A stretch of DNA of 46,318 nucleotides from an uncultured Clostridia bacterium (GTDB taxonomy: Bacteria > Bacillota > Clostridia > Oscillospirales > Acutalibacteraceae): contig CAMJHI010000001.1 of assembly GCA_946405475.1 (NCBI GenBank), positions 1 through 46,318 of the forward strand, given 5' to 3'. Shown here in pieces: positions 38,974-46,318 of this stretch. Position 1 is the stretch's first letter. Each line of letters begins with the position of its first letter. The translations under genes were made by a program, and so were the position numbers. The notes under the pieces are model-generated. The model worked only from the letters and a program-made list of their open reading frames with translations, was not told the origin of the DNA and ran no database searches.

Positions 38974-40360
38974 TGTTGGCCTCCTTCTCACGGAACGGTT
39001 CGATGTATTCCTCGATCTCTTCCCGCTTGAGACGGTCGAGCAGTTCATCGGGCAATTGCGCCAGCAGGCGGCAGCCCAGATCGAGCGACTGCGTCACGGT
39101 GCGGTTTTCGGTCTGGCTCTGGGTCAGGAACTGCGCTTCAAAATCACGCCCGAAGCCGAGGAGCAGCCGATCCTGCTCGCTGAGTTCATCCTCGCCCACC
39201 ACGCTGGCCAGCGAACGCGCCTCCTGCACCTTGGAATAACAGGCGAACAGCTGATTGCTCACCGCCTTATGGTCCTTGCGGGTGTAACCTTCGCCGATGC
39301 CGTCCTTCATCAAACGCGAAAGCGACGGCAGCACGCTGATGGGCGGGTAAACGCCCTTGGCCTCAAGCGCGCGGTCGAGCACGATCTGCCCTTCGGTGAT
39401 AAAGCCGGTCAGGTCGGGGATGGGGTGCGTGATATCGTCGTTGGGCATGGTCAGGATCGGGAGCTGCGTGACCGAGCCGCGGCTGCCCTGGATGATGCCG
39501 GCGCGCTCATACAGCGACGCCAGATCGGAATAGAGATAACCGGGGAAGCCCTTTCGGCCCGGGATCTCGCCCTTGGAGGAGGAGAACTCGCGCAGGGCTT
39601 CGCAGTAGGCAGTCATGTCGGTCATGATGACCAGCACGTTCATGCCCAGATCGAACGCCAGATATTCCGCCGCCGTGAGCGCGCAGCGCGGCGTGATGAT
39701 GCGCTCGATGATGGGATCGTTGGAAAGGTTGAGGAACATGACGACCTTGCTCATCACGTTCGATTCTTCAAAGCTGGTGCGGAACTGCTCCGCCACGTCG
39801 TTCTTCACGCCCATGGCGGCAAAGACGATGGCAAAGCGTTCGTCATCCGCCACGCTCGCCTGCCGCACGATCTGCATGGCCAGCTCGTTGTGGCGCATGC
39901 CCGAACCCGAAAAGATGGGCAGCTTCTGCCCGCGGATGAGCGTGGAAAGCGTGTCGATGGAGGAAATGCCCGTCTGCACAAAATTGCGCGGATAGACGCG
40001 CTGCACGGGGTTGATGGCGCTGCCGTTGATGTCGCGCCGCGTCAGCGGATAAATCTCGCCCAGCCCGTCCTTCGGGCGGCCGAGCCCGTCGAACACGCGC
40101 CCGACGATTTCGGGCGAAAGCTTGAGCTCCATGGGGCGGCCGGTCATGCGGGTGCGGGTGTTGACCATGGACACGCCGCGCGTGCCTTCAAACACCTGAA
40201 TGACCACGCGCCTGCCCTCGATCATCACGATGCGCCCGGCGCGGACCGAACCGTCCTCCAGCCGGATCTCGACCATTTCCTCGTTGAACACGTTGTCGAC
40301 GTTTTCCAGCACCACCAGCGAACCGCTGATTTTATCCAGCCCGAGATGTTCCAGAATCAA
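38966..40360 (-). CDS. ntpB: V-type ATP synthase subunit B
   Basis: TTG start after an AGGTGA SD. 464 aa. [16 protein letters not shown], the non-catalytic P-loop-like region, and [14 protein letters not shown]. Confidence 0.95.
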   Translation of the reverse strand: MILEHLGLDKISGSLVVLENVDNVFNEEMVEIRLEDGSVRAGRIVMIEGRRVVIQVFEGTRGVSMVNTRTRMTGRPMELKLSPEIVGRVFDGLGRPKDGLGEIYPLTRRDINGSAINPVQRVYPRNFVQTGISSIDTLSTLIRGQKLPIFSGSGMRHNELAMQIVRQASVADDERFAIVFAAMGVKNDVAEQFRTSFEESNVMSKVVMFLNLSNDPIIERIITPRCALTAAEYLAFDLGMNVLVIMTDMTAYCEALREFSSSKGEIPGRKGFPGYLYSDLASLYERAGIIQGSRGSVTQLPILTMPNDDITHPIPDLTGFITEGQIVLDRALEAKGVYPPISVLPSLSRLMKDGIGEGYTRKDHKAVSNQLFACYSKVQEARSLASVVGEDELSEQDRLLLGFGRDFEAQFLTQSQTENRTVTQSLDLGCRLLAQLPDELLDRLKREEIEEYIEPFREKEANNG

Positions 40361-40376
40361 AACCTGTCACCTGCCT

Positions 40377-42128
40377 TTAACCGACGGCCGAAAGCGCCTT
40401 TTCGTTTTCGGCGTCCAATTCGTCAAACCGGCCGAGCTCATCGTTCGGCACGGAAAATTTCATTTTGATCAGGCGCTCCAGGCAGCCTGTTTTGATGATT
40501 TCGGAAACGGGGATCTGCCGCTCGATCAGGCTCACGCTCTGATCATAGACCTTGAGAATGCTCTTCATCATGCGGTAATGCTTTTCGGGCGGCGCGTAGG
40601 AATCCGTTTCGTTCAGCGCGTCCTGCTGCAAAAAGCCGGTGCGGATGACCCGCGCGATCTCGATGACGAGCTTCTGCTCATCCGGCAAGACCTGCGAGCC
40701 GATGAGCTTGACGATCTCCATCAGCCGCGCTTCCTCCGCCAGCAGGGCGCTGATGCGGCTGCGGCACGCCATAAAATCGGGCGCGATGTGTTCGGCATAC
40801 CATGCGCCCAGCGTGTCGGCGTATTCGCTGTAGCTGGTGTTCCAGTTCACGGACGGGAAATGGCGGGCATAGGCCAGCGCTTTATCCAGCCCCCAGAAGC
40901 AGCGGGTGAAGCGCTTGGAATTCTGCGTGACCGGCTCGGAAAAATCGGAGCCCTGCGGGGACACGGCGCCGATGACAGTGACCGAGCCCTCCGCTCCGCC
41001 AAGCGTGATGCAGCGGCCGGCGCGTTCATAAAATTCGGACAAACGGCTCGGCAGATAGGCGGGGTAGCCCTCATCCGCCGGCATTTCTTCTAATCGGCCG
41101 GAGATCTCGCGCAGCGCCTCCGCCCAGCGGGAGGTGGAATCCGCCATCATCGCCACGTGATAGCCCATGTCGCGGTAATATTCCGCAAAGGTGATGCCGG
41201 TGTAGATCGACGCTTCACGCGCCGCCACGGGCATGTTGGAGGTGTTGGCGATGAGCACCGTGCGTTCCAGCAGCGGGCGGCCGGTGCGCGGGTCTTTCAG
41301 TTCACTGAATTCGGTGAGCGCCTGCGTCATTTCGTTGCCGCGCTCGCCGCAGCCGACGTAGACGATGATGTCGGCGTCGCACCACTTGGCAAGCTGATGC
41401 TGCAGCACGGTCTTGCCCGTGCCGAACCCGCCCGGGATCACCGCCGCGCCGCCCTTGGCAATGGGGAACATGGCGTCGATGATGCGCTGCCCGCTGAGCA
41501 GCGGCACCAACGGCAGCAGCCGTTCCCGCATCGGCCGCGCGGTGCGGATCGGCCAGCGCTGGCAAAGCGTCAATTCAAAGAGATTGCCGAAATCGTCCTC
41601 AAGCCTGACGATGCAGTCGTTCAGGCGGTAGGCGCCGCCCGGCACGGCAAACACGACCCTGCCGTGCTGCTGCGGCGGCACGAGGAGCCTGTGCCGCACG
41701 GCCTGCGTTTCATCGCATTCGGCATAGACCTCGCCGCCCGACAAAACGTCGCCCGGCTTGACCGTAACGGTAACGTCCCACTGCTTTTTTTCATCAAGCG
41801 GCGGCACGCTGACGCCCTTGGTGATGAAGGCGCCCGCCTGCTCGGCAAAGCTGCTCAACGGCTTTTCGATGCCGTCGAAAATATTGCCCAGAATGCCGGG
41901 ACCCAGCGCAATGGACATGGGGGAACCGGTCGCCTCGACCGGCTCGCGCGGGTAAAGCCCCGCGGTATCTTCATAGACCTGAATGGTCGTTTTTTCGCTG
42001 TCAACGCCGATGACCTCGCCCACGAGCCGCTTCACGCCGACGTAGACCATTTCCATGATCTGCAGTTCGGTCGCGCCGCGCACGGTGACGATCGGCCCGT
42101 TGATGCCGTCGATCCGATAACTGTTCAA
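40377..42128 (-). CDS. ntpA: V-type ATP synthase catalytic subunit A
   Basis: Walker A GGFGTGKTV, PGREASIYTG-like AAREASIYTGITFAEYYRDMG and the non-homologous insert. The start is uncertain: TTG 42128 lies about 10 nt after GGAG, and the alternatives are GTG 42137 or TTG 42161 as in the ORF track. Confidence 0.93.
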   Translation of the reverse strand: MNSYRIDGINGPIVTVRGATELQIMEMVYVGVKRLVGEVIGVDSEKTTIQVYEDTAGLYPREPVEATGSPMSIALGPGILGNIFDGIEKPLSSFAEQAGAFITKGVSVPPLDEKKQWDVTVTVKPGDVLSGGEVYAECDETQAVRHRLLVPPQQHGRVVFAVPGGAYRLNDCIVRLEDDFGNLFELTLCQRWPIRTARPMRERLLPLVPLLSGQRIIDAMFPIAKGGAAVIPGGFGTGKTVLQHQLAKWCDADIIVYVGCGERGNEMTQALTEFSELKDPRTGRPLLERTVLIANTSNMPVAAREASIYTGITFAEYYRDMGYHVAMMADSTSRWAEALREISGRLEEMPADEGYPAYLPSRLSEFYERAGRCITLGGAEGSVTVIGAVSPQGSDFSEPVTQNSKRFTRCFWGLDKALAYARHFPSVNWNTSYSEYADTLGAWYAEHIAPDFMACRSRISALLAEEARLMEIVKLIGSQVLPDEQKLVIEIARVIRTGFLQQDALNETDSYAPPEKHYRMMKSILKVYDQSVSLIERQIPVSEIIKTGCLERLIKMKFSVPNDELGRFDELDAENEKALSAVG

Positions 42129-42133
42129 ATCGT

Positions 42134-42742
42134 TCACTCTCCTGTCGCGTCCTTCTCGCAAAGACCGGAATGCTCGCCGAACCAGGCGCGCTGGCTTTCC
42201 AGCCTCGCGTCCAGCGTGTCATCCGCGCTCAGGCGCGATGCCTCGCTCACGGCGCGGCAGCCGCCGATGCGAATGGAAGCATCCGTTTCAAACCGGCAGG
42301 GCTGCGGCACGGCGCCGTCGATTTTTTCGGCGTATTTTTCATCGGCGGGGCGCAGGGTAAACACGATCTCGCCGCCGTTGAAATGCGCCGCCATGCGCTG
42401 CGCGCTCACCAGCAGAAACGCCTCGTAATCGGGCGTTTCGGTGAAGGCGGCCAGCTTTTGCGCCGCCCTGTCGAACGCCTGCTGTTCCAGCTCGGCGCGC
42501 CGCTCCAGCCATTCCTGCTTGGCTCTGGCGCGTGCGGCGGCCACACGGCGGCCGTTGCTGTGCGCCATGTTGGCCAATTCGGTGCGCAGGTACGCGTCGG
42601 TCTGCTTTTTGGCGCTGCGCTTGGCTTTTTTGATCTGAGCCGCCTTGAGGCGGTTGGCTTCATCGGTGATCTCGTTGACCTGCCGCTGCAGGTCCTCGTT
42701 GATCGCATTGAAAAACTCGAGCACTTTATTGTCGGTCGGCAT
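42134..42742 (-). CDS. ntpE: V-type ATP synthase subunit E
   Basis: About 200 aa. Long charged N-terminal helix (QRQVNEITDEANRLKAAQIKKAKRSAKK...) and a globular C-terminus. ATG at 42742 lies 8 nt after an AAGGAG SD; the track starts at GTG 42751. Confidence 0.8.
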   Translation of the reverse strand: MPTDNKVLEFFNAINEDLQRQVNEITDEANRLKAAQIKKAKRSAKKQTDAYLRTELANMAHSNGRRVAAARARAKQEWLERRAELEQQAFDRAAQKLAAFTETPDYEAFLLVSAQRMAAHFNGGEIVFTLRPADEKYAEKIDGAVPQPCRFETDASIRIGGCRAVSEASRLSADDTLDARLESQRAWFGEHSGLCEKDATGE

Positions 42743-42747
42743 GCTGC

Positions 42748-43008
42748 TCACTCCTTCGCTTCTTCTGCGCGGTCGGGCAGGGTCACGATCAGGGGCAGAC
42801 TGCGGCTGCGCCGGATCGCCTCGATCCTGTCACGGTAAAACTCCGCCACGCGGTGCGACACCATCAGAACGCCGACGTCATCCTCGCGCAGCACATCGTC
42901 AAACGCCTGCTGCCCCTGTGACAATTCGTGCAGCACCCGGCTTTCGACGCCCGCTAAACGCAGGCCGACCGAGGTGTCGACGTCATCGGTGATCAAAAAC
43001 AGTTTCAA
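42748..43008 (-). CDS. ntpF: V-type ATP synthase subunit F
   Basis: 86 aa. MKLFLITDDVDTSVGLRLAGV...VGVLMVS...PLIVTLPD matches the subunit F pattern. Confidence 0.85.
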   Translation of the reverse strand: MKLFLITDDVDTSVGLRLAGVESRVLHELSQGQQAFDDVLREDDVGVLMVSHRVAEFYRDRIEAIRRSRSLPLIVTLPDRAEEAKE

Positions 43009-43027
43009 GGAGAACCCCTCCCCTGTC

Positions 43028-43495
43028 TTACAGCTTGTTCAGGATCAGAATCGAGATGACCACGCCGTAAAGCGCGATGGATTCGCCCAGCGCGACGAAG
43101 ATCAGCGATTTACCGAAGCTCTTGGGATCCTCGCTCGTGGCGGCGATGGCGGCCGGTGCGCCGGCTGCCACGGCGATGCCGCCGCCGATGCCGGCCAGAC
43201 CGGTGACCAGACCCGCGGCAAGCAGCCCGAGCCCCTTGTCGCCGTTCGATTCGGCTGCCTGTTCAGTCTGCGCCGCCTGTTCAACAGACGCGTCAGGCGT
43301 GTCGGCGTCGACCGCGGAAGCCGAAAAGGCCAGCGAAGCGGTGATGACCAGCACGAGCGCAAAGGCGAGCAGATTGGTTTTGAGGATGCGCTTGCCGCTG
43401 ACGCCGCGCAGATGCTTTTGGAACGAAAAAACCATCAGAGCCGTCAGGGCGGCAGCCGGGAAAAGGACCGCAAGGGTGATAAGAACCGTTGACAT
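43028..43495 (-). CDS. ntpK: V-type ATP synthase subunit K (c-ring proteolipid) with an atypical N-terminal half
   Basis: ATG at 43495 after a GGAGGAA SD. The C-terminal hairpin GLAGIGGGIAVAAGAPAAIAA ... FVALGESIALYGVVISILIL carries the ion-binding Glu. The N-terminal 85 aa form two other TM helices plus an acidic linker. Confidence 0.85.
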   Translation of the reverse strand: MSTVLITLAVLFPAAALTALMVFSFQKHLRGVSGKRILKTNLLAFALVLVITASLAFSASAVDADTPDASVEQAAQTEQAAESNGDKGLGLLAAGLVTGLAGIGGGIAVAAGAPAAIAATSEDPKSFGKSLIFVALGESIALYGVVISILILNKL

Positions 43496-43527
43496 AAGAA
43501 TTCCTCCGTCTATCAAAATGAAATTGG

Positions 43528-45444
43528 TTATTGGTTGACCGCAACGGTGCGGAACGGCTTGCCGCTGCCTTCAAAGCAACGGCTGAACATTTCATAAAAC
43601 TCAAGGCGCAGCGCCTGAATGCCCGTGAGCAGGCCCTCCAGCGCGATGACGAGCACGTTGCCCAGAATGATCACGACAATGTTTTCGCTTTCGCCCGCCA
43701 ACGAGAAGACCACCATCATCATGCCCGCGTGCACCAGCACGAACGCGCCCACGCGCAGGAACGAAACGGTGTTGCTGAAATAGCTGAGCACGTATTCGAG
43801 CATTTCAAACACGTTTTGCAGCAAAAAGTCCGTTACGCTGTCGGGCTTGCGTTCCGGCTCATGATCCACCAGCGCGATGAGCAGCTCCTTGAAGAACAGG
43901 ATCACGGCGCACACGATGATGACCGGCACGCACACGGCGTTGGGGATGAGGCGCGGACCGTTCATGAACGCGACCGCTAAATTGACCAGCGACAGATAAA
44001 GCAGGATGCCGGCGACGCCGTTGTTGCTGAACAGCGCTTCCCCGATTTTTTTCTCGCGCAGGCTGGACACGACGTTGAGCAGCATGGACACGGCCACCAG
44101 CCCCACGCCGATGGCAATGGCAAACAGCAGAACGGTGTTGATGCTGTCCATGACCTCCAGCGGTTTTCCGCTCAGCCCCACCGCGTGATACAGCGGGTCG
44201 AGCAGATGCTCATAACCGAAAAACGACCCGAACACCAGCCCGAAGCACATGGACGACACGCCGCAGGGAATGAGGATCTTGCCCAGCGCCATCTTTTTGA
44301 GCTTCCACATCAGAAAGCCCGCGAGCATCAGCACGAAGCCCTGACCCAGATCGCCGAACATCATGCCGAAGATGACAGTATAGGTGACGGCGACAAAGGC
44401 GGTGATATCCAGCGACCCGTAATCCGGCAGACCGTACATTTCCACGTAGTATTCAAACGGCCGGAACAGGAAAAAGTTTTTGAGCTTGGTGGGCGGCACG
44501 TGCTTGTCGGTTTTGTTGGGCGCGCTCACGTCGAGCGAAACGCCCTTCAGGCCGGAGACGCATTGGCTGAAGTACTCCACCTGCCGCGCCGGTACCCAGC
44601 CCACGCAGTAAAACTCATTGTTGTGCCGCGCGGCGTAACGGCGCATGGCGTTGCTTTCGTTTTTGAGGCACAGGCGGGAATACAGCTCGTTGAGCCGCTC
44701 GCTGTTATCTTCCGCCAGTCGGCTCAGCTCCAGATCGAGCTGCTCGATCTGCTGCTTGAGGATCGTCACGTTTTCTTCGATGGCGGCAATGATCTCTTCC
44801 ACCGTGCCCCAGGCGTTGTTGATGACGAGCTGCTCAAAATAGAGCGAGGCAAAGATCGCGTCGACGTCGTCGATTTTTTCACGCGGGGCGCAGTAAACGC
44901 CCCAGTAGTGCAGATCGTCCGACGAGCAGGGCGTGAACAGCAGATAAGGGTTGTTTTCGTAAGCGCTGAGCTTGGGGTAGCAATCCTTCGGGATGCTGCC
45001 GAAGCGCACCACAAGAAACTCGCAGGCGAGAAGATCGTCCACGCGGACGTCCAGCCCTGTAAAGTGAGATATCTTGTCAATATAGTCTTCACATTCCTGC
45101 TTTTGGTCGAGCAGGGCCTTTCGCTTGACGGAATCCTGTTCGATGCGGTTTTTCAAGCCGGTCAGGTATTCCTGCATGGTTTCGTCATCGAGCTGCTGTA
45201 AAGCCAAATCACTTTCCACCCGGTCAAGCGTCAGACCGCCCAGACGGGCGACCTCCTCCACCGATTCGATCAGCGGCGCCACGTCGTTTTCGCCGCCGAC
45301 CGCCGTATAGCCCAGCGACGCCGACAGATATTCCAGCGCCGGCTCCGGGTGATAGACCATGCTGCCCGCCGCCCGCGCCGAGAAGTTATTGAGCTGCTCC
45401 ATCGGGCCGGTCGCGCGCACGAGCTTCATTTTTTCAATCGCCAA
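43528..45444 (-). CDS. ntpI: V-type ATP synthase subunit I
   Basis: 638 aa. TTG start 6 nt after a GAGGTGA SD. Soluble coiled-coil N-terminal half and a multi-TM C-terminal half ending ...LRLEFYEMFSRCFEGSGKPF. Confidence 0.92.
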   Translation of the reverse strand: MAIEKMKLVRATGPMEQLNNFSARAAGSMVYHPEPALEYLSASLGYTAVGGENDVAPLIESVEEVARLGGLTLDRVESDLALQQLDDETMQEYLTGLKNRIEQDSVKRKALLDQKQECEDYIDKISHFTGLDVRVDDLLACEFLVVRFGSIPKDCYPKLSAYENNPYLLFTPCSSDDLHYWGVYCAPREKIDDVDAIFASLYFEQLVINNAWGTVEEIIAAIEENVTILKQQIEQLDLELSRLAEDNSERLNELYSRLCLKNESNAMRRYAARHNNEFYCVGWVPARQVEYFSQCVSGLKGVSLDVSAPNKTDKHVPPTKLKNFFLFRPFEYYVEMYGLPDYGSLDITAFVAVTYTVIFGMMFGDLGQGFVLMLAGFLMWKLKKMALGKILIPCGVSSMCFGLVFGSFFGYEHLLDPLYHAVGLSGKPLEVMDSINTVLLFAIAIGVGLVAVSMLLNVVSSLREKKIGEALFSNNGVAGILLYLSLVNLAVAFMNGPRLIPNAVCVPVIIVCAVILFFKELLIALVDHEPERKPDSVTDFLLQNVFEMLEYVLSYFSNTVSFLRVGAFVLVHAGMMMVVFSLAGESENIVVIILGNVLVIALEGLLTGIQALRLEFYEMFSRCFEGSGKPFRTVAVNQ

Positions 45445-45470
45445 AAAGCATCACCTCGCTGTCAAAACAC

Positions 45471-45637
45471 TAAGGGAACGCTGATTCAATCAGAGTGTGC
45501 GAGGGAGCGAGAGATTTTTTCGTCAGATTGTGCAAAAAAGCCGCCGCTTTGCTGACGCAAAACAAGGATTTTTGGTGCAATATGACGGAAAAAGATCCGC
45601 TCCCTCGTGCGCTTGTGATTTATTCAGTGTTTCCTTA
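45471..45637 (+). repeat. MITE-like TIR-bounded repeat, copy 3 (inside the ntp operon)
   Basis: Lies between the ntpC stop codon (45635-45637) and the ntpI start codon (45444). About 98% identical to copy 2. Arms at 45473-45509 and 45598-45635. TA lies on both flanks. Confidence 0.9.
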
Positions 45638-46318
45638 AATACAATAGATATATCGATTGATCTGTTCGGGAGTCGCGTGACAGCGCACCCCCTCAAAGAT
45701 GTTGCACACGTCGTTGATTTCAAGCTCACGCAGCTTGACGAAGCACCACAGCGTCTGCGCGGCGTCGTTGGCATAGCGCATGGCCTTTTGCAGCCGCCGG
45801 GCGATCATGCGCATGGCGCAGGCCTGCGCGTCTTCACCGTGGAACATGGCGGCGTAGGGCGTCTGCTCCACCTGCCGCACCAGCTCCTCGGTCGTTTCAG
45901 CGGCCGCGATCGCGTTGAGCTGCCGCGGGGTCAGCAGCGTGAAATCCGGCTGAATGAAGCGGCGCAGGGTCGATTCGTCGGCGCCGGTGAGGCGCTTGAC
46001 ACGATAAAGAGAAAGCAGCATGCGGATATCGTTTTCATACCTTGCCAGCTCCAGCAAAGCGGCGGCCTGTTTTCTGCCGCAATCCTTCTTGACCGCTTTC
46101 ACCAGCCGCCGGTTGCAGAACGCCTGCACGTGCGCTTCGGTAAAAATCAGGTTTTCACGTGCGAACCCATCCTGCTGCGTTGAGCCGAACAGCGTGCGGT
46201 AGTCGGTTTCAGCCAGACAGTCCAGCACCTCCGGCCACGTCTGCGCCTTCATCAGCCGCACCAGATCGAGCTGCGAAAACCGTTCAAAGCTCAAAGGCAT
46301 GAGCGCCACGTATTCCTC
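45635..46318 (-). CDS. ntpC: V-type ATP synthase subunit C (d/AC39 family), 5' end outside the window
   Basis: The reading frame is open to the window edge. The C-terminal region ...LSLYRVKRL...LRELEINDVCNIFEGVRCH fits the AC39/subunit C family and the operon context. Confidence 0.8.
   Translation of the reverse strand, partial: EEYVALMPLSFERFSQLDLVRLMKAQTWPEVLDCLAETDYRTLFGSTQQDGFARENLIFTEAHVQAFCNRRLVKAVKKDCGRKQAAALLELARYENDIRMLLSLYRVKRLTGADESTLRRFIQPDFTLLTPRQLNAIAAAETTEELVRQVEQTPYAAMFHGEDAQACAMRMIARRLQKAMRYANDAAQTLWCFVKLRELEINDVCNIFEGVRCHATPEQINRYIYCI

Noticed and set aside
45582-45638. 18-codon ORF (MTEKDPLPRALVIYSVFP) inside the repeat, with counterparts of the same length in the other copies
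   Set aside because: The copy 1 counterpart (MAKNTPSRCVPAIESVVT) shares almost no amino acids, although the nucleotides align. No SD is present. The conservation is at the DNA level, so this is not a peptide gene.

Overview
GC-rich (about 60% by eye) chromosomal segment that resembles a spore-forming Clostridia genome (Oscillospiraceae/Ruminococcaceae-like). Supporting clues are a yaaL-bofA pair, a V/A-type ATPase operon and Firmicute-style GGAGG ribosome-binding sites. About 42 genes are supported, nearly all on the minus strand. From the left: gtrA-like, a PadR/DUF1700/DUF4097 module and glmS. Next come an M14 peptidase-like gene and a strongly signalled secreted protein. Then a housekeeping run: flavin reductase, yqeK, nadD, yhbY, rdgB, ftsY, aspS, hisS, mgsA, a MinD-like ATPase and ACT+paaK. 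Then glycan and sugar genes: GH38 mannosidase, GH78 rhamnosidase, manA, GH95, a PfkB kinase, gnd, a PHP phosphoesterase and a LarA-like epimerase. Two transporters (AGCS, NhaC) and an ABC-F protein are interspersed. The window ends with ntpC(partial)-I-K-F-E-A-B-D. I found no rRNA, tRNA, CRISPR array, transposase, integrase, phage or recognisable defence genes, so this is mostly ordinary core genome. The most unusual signal is non-coding: a roughly 165-bp repeat bounded by terminal inverted repeats and flanked by TA (MITE-like). It is present in three copies plus one extra half-terminus. Two 98%-identical direct copies sit exactly on the stop codons of ntpC and ntpD, so one lies inside the ATPase operon and together they bracket ntpIKFEABD. 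A diverged, inverted copy lies between two convergent transporter genes. Secondary points are a LarA-like/PHP/gnd/PfkB/GH95 operon with a perfect upstream palindrome, an NhaC antiporter with an N-terminal CxxCxGxG zinc-finger module, an M14 peptidase homologue with both first-motif metal ligands replaced, and a probable abundant surface protein. The many long ORFs antisense to real genes are GC-driven shadow ORFs and were rejected.
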